64,000 nucleotides of DNA from Lama glama (taxonomy: Eukaryota): NCBI GenBank assembly GCA_028534125.1, contig CM052816.1, positions 6,388,001 through 6,452,000 of the forward strand, given 5' to 3'. Numbering within the stretch: position 1 is the first letter of the stretch; the number at the start of each line of letters is the position of its first letter. The notes beneath the pieces are model-generated. The model was not told where the DNA came from, searched no databases, and saw only the letters and a list, made by a program, of their open reading frames with translations. Made by a program: the position numbers and the translations under genes. Positions 25,560 to 38,114 of the stretch are shown here, piece by piece.

Positions 25560-26150
25560 CCTGTATCAGACTCCAAGAACCTGAGCTTCGTTTTGCTAAT
25601 ACTACAAGGCTGTTTCTCCCTCAGCACATCTCAAGTTGGAGTTCCCTTTGCCTGGAAAGCACGTTACCAGATCTTGGCACATCCGGCTCCAATTGTTACT
25701 CATGTTTCAGCTTCAAAATGTTACTTTCTCCAAGAGGATACATCTTACCTTCCCACAAAATGAGCACTCCCTGCAAAGTACCCTGCTCTTTGCATCACTG
25801 TTTTTATCTTTATTGCATTTGTCACTGCCAGGAATTACTTCGGTTTTTCACTCATTTATTTTCTGTTTCCTCACTGAAAGTTTCAGGAGAGCCTGCCTGT
25901 TCTGTTACTGGCCAGTGTGCACACCAGTGCCAGCAACACATGAGGTACTCAGTGCATGTCTATGTAACAATGAGCCCAAAGGGGAAAGATGTTTATGCGG
26001 CAACTACCATGTGACTAGCACCATACTGAGTGCTTTCAAATATATTGTCATCTGACTCTCGGTTTTGAAGGAGGCATTAGGAATCCTCAACTTGCAAGTG
26101 AGGAAAAAGCCTCAGAGTAACCTACCTAAGGTTACACAGCAAGGGCTCAG
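25560..26150. mobile_element. L2 3' region (+, 25560-25960) followed by MIR (-, 25995-26145)
   Basis: 'gttccctttgcctggaaagcacg', 'cagtgccagcaacacatgaggtactcagt'; 'ttgcaagtgaggaaaaagcctcagagtaacctacctaaggttacacagc'. Confidence 0.65.
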
Positions 26151-26419
26151 TAAATATGCATGGAGGGAAGGAGGGCGGGCGGGCAGGCAGGCAGGCAGGC
26201 AGCGAGAGAGTGGCAGATCCCCCCAGTGGGTATAGCTCCGAAGTCCACGTTTGTTTCATTTCATCATAGGGTCTTCACGTACATCAGCTTCTTTTTTGAC
26301 AAGGTGAGCAGTGTATGCTGTGACTCCCAAGGCTGACCTTTTGGAAGTATCCTGCTGACAGCTGGATTCAATACCTTTTGTGTCAAGCTGTAATCTTCAC
26401 CACTGCCCTGACATACTAC

Positions 26420-27110
26420 CACCATGTACCTCTCTGCCTCCTCTGATCCGAGCCCGAGCCTGTCGTCTCTCATCTGGGAGAGAACAGAATTCCGAGTGAA
26501 GACTGTTACCGTTAATGCCCTGCTGCGGGCGGGAGCCCACCACCTACCTTTGGAGAGGACTCATGCCTTCAGTTAGCATTTTCAAAAAGGCCCAAAGCAG
26601 CTCCCTCCCTTAGGACTACCTGACATTTCCAAAGTCTTCTTTTCATGATCCTGTCAGTCAGATGCTGTTGCCCTGTTATGTTCTGGATGGAACTTTAAAT
26701 GGCTTCACATGACCTACAAGGCCCAGCCTGACCCGGTGGCTGCCTGCTTCCCCATCCTCGTCTCTGGCCACTCCCCATTCTCATGTCCCATCTCAGAAAA
26801 TCACTTCTAGTTTGTCTCCAGGTACTACTCCACGATCTCCAGGATCTTCCTGCTCGGGCTCCCCGACTGTCAAAACCCATCATCTGGTCTAATTCTTCTG
26901 TATTTTTAAGACGTTTTTCCTAAATGTGGCTGTCTCTATAAAGCTTTCCCTGATCATCCACATTCTCTTGGCCAACTACGGTATCTTTTTTATTGATGAT
27001 GACAGTGTACTGGATCCTATCTCTATGATAATTACACTGCTTTTTCGTGAACTGTGTCTGGTTTTTCTTTGTACTAGATTACCAGCACTTGGAGGCCGAG
27101 TGGCTGTCTT
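26420..27110 (+). mobile_element. Decayed L2 fragments
   Basis: 'gtcgtctctcatctggga', 'catgacctacaaggcccagcctgacccgg', 'tagattaccagcacttggaggccgagtggctgtctta'. Confidence 0.5.
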
Positions 27111-27124
27111 ATGAAAGAAGTAGT

Positions 27125-27430
27125 AGCAAAAAGTGTCGACATTTATGCAATGTTAACAAAGTGCTAGGCTTTGTACCAGAGGTTTTATACGTATCGTCTT
27201 TAAATTCAAGCAATAATACCATTGGTGCAGCTGGAGAGTATCATCTGCTCCATTTGGAAGTACCACTGAGACACAACTTTGAATTCTCACAAGATAATGA
27301 TGATACATATATAGTATGTATCATTATTCCCATTTCATAGGTGAAAAACTAAAGTCCAGAGATGTTAAATCATCCACTCAAGGCAAAGAACTGGCAAACA
27401 GGAGAGCCACAATTCAAACCCAAAGGGAAC
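27125..27430 (-). mobile_element. MIR SINE(s)
   Basis: 'tatcattattcccatttcataggtgaaaaactaaagtccagagatgttaaatcatccactcaagg'. Confidence 0.75.
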
Positions 27431-27849
27431 ACTCATTCTGCATTAGGTTATGTACTTGTGGAAATACGTGTGTTTCATTCTATGAATGCCTGTTGAACAA
27501 GTACATTTCTTTCTGTTCACTGAGCACAATACTGGATGCCATCCGTGAGCCAGTGAGATCACCTTTCAATCCCATCTATCCACAGACTCCCTAAGCAGGC
27601 CAAACTAGCCACTGTACACCGCCCGGCCTCATTCCGCTCACTCCTGACACACACCTCCCTTGGCTCGCCCGCCCTGAAAGCCTGGCGCTCTTCCTCTTTG
27701 TCTGCACAAACAGCCCCCACCGTCTCAAGTTTGTATTTTAGAACCTCAAATTGGAAAACTACAGCAAACTTTTTCTACCTTCAGTCTCACCATCTGTATG
27801 GTGAATGTTGTTACATCTTCAGCATACAATCAAGCAACAGATTGTACAG

Positions 27850-28430
27850 GGAAAAAAATGGTTGCCTAGAATTCAGCTCCAGAGTCCAACTGCCTGAGTT
27901 CAAGTACCAGCCCCCATGTCTTTGGGCCACAGTTTCCTTTTCTGTAAAAGGACAGCAGTATTTCTGAGGAGAGAAGTATCACCTAACTTCGTAGAGGAGC
28001 TTGTAAGAATTAAACCAGAGTGAAGTGAGCCAGAAAGAGAAAGAAAAATACCGTATGATCTCACTTACATGTGGAATCTAAGAACTGAGACAAATGAGCT
28101 TATTTACAAAACAGAAACAGACTCACAGACATAGAAAACAAACTTGTGGTTACTGGGCGGGGAGGAGGTGGAGGGATAAATTGGGAGTTCGGGATTTGCA
28201 GGTACTAACAGCTATATATAAAAAGCAGATAAACAGTACAGCACAGGGAACGATATTCACCACCTTGTAACAGCTTATAATGGAAAAGAATATGAAAACG
28301 AGTATTTATGTACAAATGACTCACTATGCTGTACACCAGAAATTGACACACCGTAAACTGACCATATTTCAATAAAAAAATAAATAAATTGAGCCTAAGG
28401 GCTCAATATGTATATTACATCATTTTATTA
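27850..28430 (+). mobile_element. MIR interrupted by a young L1
   Basis: 'gagtccaactgcctgagttcaagtaccagc...cagtttccttttctgtaaaagg' before 28018 and 'ggctcaatatgtat' after 28390. Confidence 0.65.
28019..28388 (+). mobile_element. Young L1 3' end
   Basis: 'agtgaagtgagccagaaagagaaagaaaaataccgtatgatctcacttacatgtggaatctaa...tgtacaccagaaattgacaca' plus an A-rich tail. Confidence 0.95.
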
Positions 28431-29683
28431 TCTCAATAGATAAGAGATCATCAAAACTAAAGCAGAATAAGTCTTTGAGGCCACAAATGGAGAAACAGGC
28501 TAAGGAACGGAAAGCTGCCGGTTCAGACCACACCACTCAGCTAAGAACCACATCTTTCTATGACTTCTGACCTCAAGCAATTGTTTAAGTGGCTGCTTCT
28601 ATCTGACAAGTAGGCAAAACTGCAAGGTATGAACACTCAATCTTCTTTCACAGCTTCCATGACTCGTAAACAAGTGCACGTTAAACACTGTTTTCCAAAT
28701 AATGGATTGCAGACTTTCCAAAGAGCACTATTTAGCTGAGTCTTAACATTCAGCAGTATTTTAGTATTTTTCTGTCATGGCATTGGCTTCCTCTGAGATG
28801 GAGAATCGAGCTAGAAAGTAGCAACTGTATACTCAAAAGGGAGAAGAAAGAAAGGAGGAGGAAATGAGGAAAGAGAGGCCTATTATGAACAATTCTAGAA
28901 ATAGACTCACCAGGCTTGCAAATTCCAAGCATCTGGGGAAGGAATCAGACTTGTTACAGGAAATGGCTGTTTACTGAGAGATGAAGGGACTTTGTTTTCC
29001 TAATCCAGGGCTTGCTAAACCTTATGTTTCTACGTTTCAAAGAATATGCAAATTGAGGAGAGGACAAAATCATTTCTCTGCGTCAAAGTTTCTCTTATCT
29101 AACCGAGACAAACTTCTCCCAGATTACTAGAACATGGTGAACAGTTTCCTCTGCAAAATCCAAAGACACAGGGTCTGGCGGATCCCTCAGATTGTGCAGC
29201 TTGGACAACTGTCTCTTCTTTTATGGACTACTGTTTCCCAGGGCAGGAAGGAAGGGATGCTGATCATCCTGCATCCTTTCTGCCTTCCCCCGTCTCCAGC
29301 ACTTACTCATCATTTCGACCAGGGCTCTCAGGCCAATGCCACCCCACGGATGGCCAAGGTTTTCCTTGACGGCAGTATCCCACCCAGCTCAGTTTCCCAG
29401 AGCCCGAAATCCACTACCTTCTCTCAAAATTCTGACTCTCTTCACATGAGAATCGGAACTCTACTCTAAGACCCTGGACTGGAGGGGCTTGTCATGTATA
29501 TATACCTCTCTTAGAACAGCAAAATAATACGCATGGTACAAAGTCAATCCATACTTGGTAGGTGTGGAGATGGTAGAAAAAAAAGAAAAAATTCACTGAC
29601 TGTGACAAAGGAAGACTACATAAAATAACTTATGGCCAATACAGTAATTTCATTGGCACTTCTGTTTTAGTGGGATTTTTTTT

Positions 29684-30183
29684 NNNNNNNNNNNNNNNNN
29701 NNNNNNNNNNNNNNNNNNNNNNNNNNNNNNNNNNNNNNNNNNNNNNNNNNNNNNNNNNNNNNNNNNNNNNNNNNNNNNNNNNNNNNNNNNNNNNNNNNNN
29801 NNNNNNNNNNNNNNNNNNNNNNNNNNNNNNNNNNNNNNNNNNNNNNNNNNNNNNNNNNNNNNNNNNNNNNNNNNNNNNNNNNNNNNNNNNNNNNNNNNNN
29901 NNNNNNNNNNNNNNNNNNNNNNNNNNNNNNNNNNNNNNNNNNNNNNNNNNNNNNNNNNNNNNNNNNNNNNNNNNNNNNNNNNNNNNNNNNNNNNNNNNNN
30001 NNNNNNNNNNNNNNNNNNNNNNNNNNNNNNNNNNNNNNNNNNNNNNNNNNNNNNNNNNNNNNNNNNNNNNNNNNNNNNNNNNNNNNNNNNNNNNNNNNNN
30101 NNNNNNNNNNNNNNNNNNNNNNNNNNNNNNNNNNNNNNNNNNNNNNNNNNNNNNNNNNNNNNNNNNNNNNNNNNNNNNNNNNN
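29684..30183. other. Assembly gap (500 N)
   Basis: Run of exactly 500 N. Confidence 1.
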
Positions 30184-30233
30184 CTTCCTTTCTTCCTTTC
30201 TTCCTTTCTTCCTTTCTTTCTTTCTTTCCTTTC
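30184..30233. repeat. (TTCC/TTTC)n pyrimidine microsatellite abutting the gap
   Basis: Direct reading. Confidence 0.95.
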
Positions 30234-32774
30234 ATCAGTTATTTGCCAAATTGAACCTTTAAATAACTAATGTTGTTTCCTTACCTAATCTGGTCTAACA
30301 TAGCATAACATAACCAAGACTTGTTTATTAAGACAAGAGCTCATGATTAGTGGATCCTCCACTGAACTAAGGGTATAGTGGTCTCTAGAGAAATAAGAAA
30401 TATATGTATGAAAATGGAAAGGGTTGTTGTGGCCACTGGAAAAGTCAGTTAGTGGTCCAGATTTCTTAGGAGGAGGTCAACTTTTCCAAATTGCTTGCGG
30501 GTGAAAAGGATGAAAGAAACTGTTTTAATTTTAGATCCCTAAAGATACAAAACATGTGTATGTTGCAATTATGACTTCCCCAAAGTAGCCAAGGCACTCA
30601 GCCAGTTTGGGGTACATTGATAGCAATTCGCTGAATGTTCTAATAAAATTAGTAGTTGATAAATGCATTAAGTATGTTAATTGGATTCTGCCTGCATAAA
30701 ATCCTGACTGTTAATTGGTTAGAACTTTGGAAAAGAGCAGTAGAGATTTTTTCATCCTAACAGAGAAAAAAAGTAATTTTGACCAATCAGGGAAAGAAAC
30801 ACATATTATACATAGCACAGCACATACGTCAACCTAAAAGGATTTCCTTGAAAGTTTATACAATTATTATCTTAAAGATGAAGTGGATCTTCCATGGACA
30901 CATTCACTGGGTTCCACCTCTGACTCCTTTCCCCTCAGAAATGTCTGGGTCTGTTCTGTGCTAGAACACAGTTACAGGAAATCTAGTTCTATTCTGAGTG
31001 GTGGAACCTTTCAAACAAAACAGAAACAAAATTCACATATATACAGTATAGAAAAGTGGGGTTGCTTTGGTTGGCAGGGTGAGTGGAAGACACAGCATCC
31101 AGCCCACCAGGCACTCTTTGCCCCTTGGGCCCTTTTTGCAGAGTATCTGAACACCTGATCTTATCCAGTCCTGCCTTATGTGAGAGGAACTGGTTCCCAG
31201 GTGGGCTTAGTGGCTTACTCGTTAGCTAAATGTGTGGTCTTGAGAAGTCAAAGCTTCTGCCTGGGCTTCTGACCCCCAAATCAGTGCTCTCAGGTAGAAC
31301 TCTTGGCCAGGTAGCTGTATTTTAGTGCTGTTGTAATAGATCAACAATAGTAGATCAACAAGGTTTCTCTTGTCTCTTTATATTTTCTTCTGTGACGTTG
31401 TTTATGTAATGTAATGTTTCAATAATGTAAGGCTCAAAAGCATTTGCACTTGTAAATTCTAACACTATTTTTTTTAAATTACTTGTTTATATATTTGTTT
31501 TTCTGGATTAGAGGTTCCTTGAGGGTAAAGCCTCAGGGTCCAGCATATCTTTTTAATGAGCACGTATAAACATAACTCGGTTTGTGATAATGACATAAAA
31601 TGTACATTTATAGAAACTTTTTGTAAAACAAACAAGCCAACAAACAAAACAACAGACTTATACAGTGGTTCCATGTCAGCATCTCAACATCATTGGTCCC
31701 AACAGTTCATGGCATTTGAACACCAGTAGCACTTACCGGCTGAAGCCCTAGTTTGAATCATCTTATATGAGTGTTCTTCCCAGGTCACTTTTTCTGTTAA
31801 TACATCTTGTATTCCAAATTAGCTTGTACACATTTTTTCCTGTATTACCATATTGTGCTGGCATATATATTCTATCATATTATGATCAGAGACACTAAAA
31901 ATACTTCACAACTGGTATACAACACAAGCCCTGACCAGTCACAAGGGACACTAGCTGTTAACAGAAGAATCACCACAGCGCTCTTTGTGCTGTTGGCTAA
32001 GTGTCCGTGTCATGCACCCCAAATGGAGCCGGGAGCAGGCTCCCTCATGAAGCCTCCTTTCTCCCCTGCCAGCCTCCCCCTTGCTCAACAAGTCTGTCCA
32101 TCTTCCTACCCTCAATCTGCTCTGCTAGACAGTAATGAAACTAGTTATCTTACTGAAGGTTTTGTGCAAAATTGAAAGGATTTTATAGTACACGGAAGTT
32201 CACTTTCCAAATACACATCACACTTTCATGCATTTATTCAGCAAATGTTTAGTAAACGCCTACCACATACCAGAATGTCTCTTCTTCCCCATTTTTCTCT
32301 TTTCAGCTTCTCTGTCCCTGGGCTCTCAGTTTCCCTCCCCTACCTCCCCGTGGGCAGCCATCAGCCCTGAACTCCTCCCAGATCCTCCTCCCAAGCTCTG
32401 CGTATCCCTCTTTTCTTACACAGAGTAATTCAAGTCTGCCACAGCCCAGCCACACCCATCATTAATACATGCTTCAGTATAGGATGTTTGCAGAAAGATG
32501 GTGTGTGCTCCCGGACCAAATGCTGCTCAGTTCTTAGTCCTTAATCTCCTTAGAAATGGGATGAGGGAAAATCACTAGTTTTGTCAGAAGATGACAATTT
32601 TTACAGGTTCTATTTTCATCTTTTTCATCTATACAGTGAAGTGCATATAATATATCCTCTGACAATATATACTGAAAGAAAAAGCAGGAAAATAAGTTAA
32701 TTGAGCAATCCTCTTTTCCTATTCTTAAAAGATCTACTAAAAATTATAGTGTTTGACGCTGAGACTTTGCTTAA

Positions 32775-33200
32775 TAGAAGGCATTTATTCAGCCATCAGT
32801 TCATCAATTTTGGACAGCATGCCTTTTTTGTGTGTAATCGGGGATCTGAAGGACAATAATGTGGAGCCCTCGCTGTCCAGTGGAGGAGACAGACAGTGGA
32901 ATAGTGTCGCCAGAACTATGACAGAGGAATGCACAGTGTGTGCTGTGGGAGGGGCACTCAAGGCAAGGGAGGTGGGCTGGGGACCGCCAGAGAAAGTTCC
33001 ACTGAGGACAGAATGCCTGCGGTGAGTTTGAAAGGAGTAGGAATTACCCGAGTGAAATGGGGGGGGGGGGTCACGTGTTCCAGGTAGTTGAAGCAGGTTG
33101 TGTATACACAACAAAGAGTGTGGTGACCCCAGGGCACAGCAGGGCCCCAGTGGGCCCTGAATGGAGGTGTGAATCAGCGAAGGCAGAGGGTGCAGACGTG
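32775..33200 (-). mobile_element. L2 fragment
   Basis: 'gtccagtggaggagacagacag', 'tgagtttgaaaggagtaggaattaccc', 'gtgttccaggtag'. Confidence 0.65.
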
Positions 33201-33234
33201 CCCCCCGACCCTGTTCTCCTTTGTTTGATTGTTG

Positions 33235-34445
33235 TCACTTTCATTTTGATAAAATTTCAGATGTACAGATGGGTTGTCGGAATTGCACAAAGTAGTAGTA
33301 TGACCATTTTGCCTTGTTATCCTTCCACCTCTGCCCCCTCTCCCTCGCCCCTCCCTCTCTCCCTGTGATTTTGTTTTTGGACCATTTGAAACGATGTCAG
33401 TGATACGTTGCCCTTTTAACCCTTCACACACTTCAGTGTGTGTTCCTAAGAACAAGAATATTCTCTTACATATAGCCACAGTAGCATTCTTAAAATTAGG
33501 AAAGTTAACATAGATGTAATGCTTATATTTAATCCACACTTAATACTCATATTTTACCACTGACTCAGTCATGTTCTTCATAGGTGTTGAGTTCCCACCC
33601 TACCCTCAATGCAGTATCCAAGCCAGGAACACCCACTGCATCTGTTGTCAGGTACCTTTAGTCTCTTTTAATTTGGAACAGCTCCTCTGCTTTCCTTGGC
33701 ATTTTTGGAGAGCACATACTAGTTATTTTGTAGATCGTCTCGCACTTTGGGTTCGTCTGACATTTTCTTAGGTTTAGATTAAAATTTTGCACTTTTGTCG
33801 CAGGAACACCACATAAGGGATACTGTATCCTTCTCAGAAGGCACAAGATGTCCTTTTATTGGTGACCTTAACTGCGATCACTTTGTCAAGGTGGTGTCGG
33901 CTGGGTCTGTCCATTGTCAAGTTACTGTTTTTACCTATTGTAAAAAATACAATTAGGTAAAAATTGCGGTAAGTACTTGGTGAGGAGATACTTTGAGGCT
34001 GTCAAAATCCAGTTCTCATAAAAATTTCACCCACTGATTTTAGCATCTCTTGATGATTTTGTGTGTGTGTGTGAATCGGTTATTAGTGTGTTGGCTGAAA
34101 ATGCTGGTCTGTCCTAACTTCATCTTCTACACTTACTCATTGGCACTCTGTCACTGAGAGCTTTCCCTCCTCTACCTTTATTTGTTTGTTTATTATCAGT
34201 GTGTAATCCTGAGTCCTTAATTTACTCAGTGGGTTATGATCTAGTACTCTTATTTATTTTGAGGTTCACATTAGCCAGTGGAGGTACTTCACGTTGTCTC
34301 CTGTGATTTTTCTGCCTGGCTTCATCACTTTCTTTTAGTACTTTCTTACTTTTTGGCACTAGATCTTCTGGGCTCAGCTTATCTTTTCGCTGCCTCATTC
34401 ATTGAATCAGTTACTTGTGAGTTATTTTGATTCTTCTAGTTGGGC
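33235..34445 (-). mobile_element. Old L1 3' region (L1MC/ME-like), antisense
   Basis: 'cttcagtgtgtgttcctaagaacaagaatattctcttacatatagccaca', 'ggtgaccttaactgcgatcactttgtcaaggtggtgtc', 'ggtgaggagatactttgaggctg'. Confidence 0.85.
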
Positions 34446-34625
34446 AGGTCTTTTTTCAGATCTGAAATTTGGACAGTGGGACTTCCTGTAGGTTGTTTGG
34501 CAACAGAGAAGGCTTTCAGGTAAGCAAGTGACATTTTCATGTTTGTTTTTGACATCAGTGATGTTAGCTCCGGAGTGAGAATGAATTAGAGGCAGTGCAT
34601 CTCTCCAGACTAAGACCGGATAAAC

Positions 34626-34790
34626 CAGTGGCTCTTAACTTTGCTCCCAGTTAGGATCACCTGGCGAGCCTTGACACCTCCTCATGATCAGCAGGAATCT
34701 GAATCTCAGAATCTCTGAGAATGGGAAAGAGGTATAGGTGTTTAAAAAAACCTTTTTTTGGATAATTCTAGTATGCATTCAAGGTTGGGT
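34626..34790. mobile_element. MER5-like MITE
   Basis: 'cagtggctcttaactttg...ttaggatcacctggcgagcctt...gaatctcagaatctctg...gataattctagtatgcattcaaggttg'. Confidence 0.75.
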
Positions 34791-35029
34791 GGTTGTTCTG
34801 TGACCTCTTTGAGTTCCAGGTTCTTTCCCAAAAGGAGATACTTTTATTTGTTTTGCATTTTTTTACAGACTTCTTACAGAGATGAAATAGATTAGTATAT
34901 AGGGCGAGTGTTTTTTCACATGCAATTGCTTTAACTGTAAAGTAGTGGTATTATAATTATTACACTGATTGCACAAGTTAATTAGAGGAGTAGAATGCCT
35001 TTCTCTTTTCCAGATTTTTCATTTTGCTG

Positions 35030-35350
35030 CCAGATTCACTTATTCTTTCAACCAGTGATAATAAGGCATAGATACCAGACACTGAGGATACAATAATGAA
35101 GGGAGAAAAAAAGATTCCAAGACTCATGTTTCTTGCAGTCTGATGGAGTGAGACACACATTAATTCAGTGGAAATAAATGCAAATGTACAACGTGCTAAG
35201 TCTTAAAAAAAAAAGAGGTATATGGTGCTAAAAGCAAATGTAGATAAAAGAAATTTAATTGGGAATGATTAAGAATGGATCGTTTGAAGGAATAAGAGGA
35301 GCAGATGAACCTAAATGCTAAAAGAATATTAAAAATGAACAATGTAGGCA
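35030..35350 (-). mobile_element. L2 3' fragment
   Basis: 'attcacttattctttcaacc...taccagacactgaggatacaataatgaa'. Confidence 0.65.
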
Positions 35351-35449
35351 GGTGTGTATGTCCGTAAAGTAGGGCTAGCCATAGTTGTTGGTGTGCTTGG
35401 GGTGGTCCTGGTTTATACAATCTAGTATAGCATTTAACTGGATTTTTCT

Positions 35450-36820
35450 TTTTTCCCCTACCTTTAGAAGGATACAATCAAAGTGCAATAAACTGTACAT
35501 ATTTAAAGTGTTTATTAGGATGAGTTTTGATACATGTGCACACATGTGAAGCTATCACCACAAGCAAGATAATGAAAATATTCACTTTCCCAGAAGTTTT
35601 CTCCAGCACTTGTGCACCGAGGCCCTTCCTCACCCACCAAGTCCTACCTTGTCCCAGGGGAACCATTGTACTTTGTGTCGCTATAGGTCTGTTTTCATTT
35701 TCAAGAAACGTTATGTAGTAGAATCATCAAGTATATACTCACGGTGGCATGTAGAGGGAGCTGGCTTCTTTCACTAAGTGTAATTATCTGAGATTCATTA
35801 CGTTGTTGTGTGTATCGTCTGTGTTCCTTTTTATTGCCAGGTAGAATTTTATTGAATGGATACACTACAGTGTTTTTATCCATTCTTTAAAAATGAATAT
35901 GTGACTTGTTTTCAGCTTTTGGCTATAACAACACACAAAAAAAGCTGTTATGAACCTTTGTGTACAAGTCTTTGGGTAAATACATGTTTTTGTTTCTCTT
36001 GGGTGAATACTTAGGAGTGAAGTGATTGTGTTGCATGGTAGTGTATGTTTAAGGAAATGCCAAAGTTTTCCAAAGTGATTGTACCATTTTACAATCTAAT
36101 CTGTAGTGTATGAGACTTCCCGTTCTTCCTTATCTTTGCCAACACTTGACACGATCAGTTTTTAAATTGTAGCCATTTTCATGGGTAGTGGGTGTGTAGT
36201 GCTGTCTGGCATTTTTAATTTGCATTTCCCTAATGACAAATGAGAGCAAGTATCTCTTCATACGGTTATTTGCTATCTCTGTGTCATCTTTGGCGAAGGT
36301 TGTGTTTAAATTTTGACCAGTTTTTTTATTTCTGAGTGGAGATGTTTATATATCTCCCAGATACAAGGTTTTGTTGTTTGTTGTTGTTGTTTAGAGATCT
36401 GTCTTGCAAAATATTTTCTCCCAGGCTTTGGATTGCCTTTTCTGTTCTTTAACAGTATTATGAAGAGCAAAGGTTTAAATTTTGATGAAATTTACTTTGT
36501 GTTATAGTTTGTTCTATTTTTGTCTGGTTTAAGTCTTTTCTACACCCTGTGTCACAAAGATTTTCTCTCTTTTCTTTTTTTCTAGAAGGTTTGTGGTATT
36601 AGAATATACTTTCAGGTCTATGGTCAATTTTGAGTTAGTTTTTGTATGTGGTATGAGATATGGATTGAGGTTTCTTGGTTTTGGATCCGTTTTGTATGTG
36701 GCCATCCAGATGTTCTGACACCATTTATTGACAGTGTTATCCTCTCTCTGTTTAGTTGCTTTAGCACTTTTGTTGAAAAATCAATTAAAAGTCTATATCT
36801 GGGTCTATTTTTGGACTTAA
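35450..36820 (-). mobile_element. Old L1M (3' end through ORF2), antisense, nested in Blackjack
   Basis: 'aataaactgtacatatttaaagtg', 'tttctcttgggtgaatacttaggagtgaagtgattg', 'ttcaggtctatggtcaattttgagttagtttttgtatgtggtatgag'. Confidence 0.9.
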
Positions 36821-36934
36821 CAGTCAGTAGTAGTCTTATTAAGACTTTCTCCAAGAAAAGGACTTAACACTTCTAACGGCCGAAGGTACATTTGCAGAGC
36901 GCTCTGGAAAACGACTTCTCAGAAATCAAGATGA

Positions 36935-37070
36935 CGTTCTTAAGCTTGCATGTGCATCTGAATATCCTGGAGGGCTTGTTAAAACCTGCACAGCTGAGGT
37001 CCAATTCCAAAGTGTATGCTTCAAGTAGGTCTGGGTTGGGGTCAAAGAATTTGCTTTTATAACAAATGAC
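36935..37070. mobile_element. MER5A nested in Blackjack
   Basis: 'gttcttaagcttgcatgtgcatctgaatatcctggagggcttgttaaaacc...gtaggtctgggttggggtcaaagaatttgc'. Confidence 0.85.
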
Positions 37071-37960
37071 TAATCAAAAATAATTAATTTTTTTCTACAT
37101 TTAATTTTTTTCATTCTTATTTCTAAGTTTTCTGTGAATACACAGCGAATGAAACAATTACTGGTAATATATGGCCACCGTTTAGCAGAAAAGGAACTTT
37201 GCAAGTTGCTGATGATGCTTTTTTAACGTTGTTATCAAATGCTGCTGATGTAAAATCAATTCATTCTGACTATTATTCAATGTTAACCAATCCAGGGAAA
37301 CAACATAAAGCTTTTTAAACTTGTCAGTGGTGAAATACGACTTTATTTTGATTATTAATATAAATTCAATTTAAAAATTCATCATTGAAAGTCATTTTTG
37401 TGGTGGTAAAAAGAGGTGTACATTTTACTGGGATATAATACTATATTCTTGCTAAATTAAGTGTTCTAACTAGATTATATCTGTGGAGCTGAAATGTACT
37501 TGGCACTTTTGTGAGACATCCACATTTATAATTGCCTGTAAGCAACATACATTTTTTTTTAACCAATCGAAATAGACACATCAGTTGTCAAAATTTACAA
37601 GCATCTTTATGCAGAGTTAGAGTAATTAAACCACAACAGTTGTTTAACAAAGGTGATGTTGAATATATTTTTTAAAAAAATCTTCAGTGTGACAATACTT
37701 ACATTTTGTCTTTGCTGCCCAAGTTTATGTGGGTTTCAGAAATACCTGAGTTTTCATTAAAGTCAGTTTACAGGTCTTAAAGTATCTTTCTTTGTAAATG
37801 AATTCTCTACATGTTCATTGTTTTCTTCAAAATCTGTAGAAAATCTTTATTCAGATGTTCCTATAGTGGAGCATGGTGGACATCAGCATTTTTTTTCCAA
37901 CCCCATAGGTTGATTTGTTTGTTTTCCAGTCATACTTTATATTAATGAGTTTTATATTAA

Positions 37961-38021
37961 TTTTATATTAATTACCTGAGTTTTCTATTAATTACCTGAG
38001 TATTATATTAATTACTTTGAG
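37961..38021. repeat. 20-bp minisatellite, 3 copies
   Basis: ttttatattaattacctgag / ttttctattaattacctgag / tattatattaattactttgag, with partial units just upstream. Confidence 0.9.
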
Positions 38022-38114
38022 GAAATATTACTAATTTTGGCAGGATTATCCAACACTAATATTAACTCCTACGACTAAAAATTTTTTTTGTTTTTTGTTT
38101 TTAAGAGCTTCTTT

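Noticed and set aside
25382..26014. Longest gap-free ORF (210 aa)
   Set aside because: GTG start, runs through an L2 fragment, and has no recognisable domain.
26264..26473. Minus-strand 69-aa ORF preceded by an acceptor-like tract
   Set aside because: Unrecognised peptide, and its start overlaps L2-like sequence.
31737..31793. 57-nt minus-strand exon-like frame (KVTWEEHSYKMIQTRASA) with a gtaagt donor
   Set aside because: The acceptor lacks a pyrimidine tract and the peptide is unrecognised.
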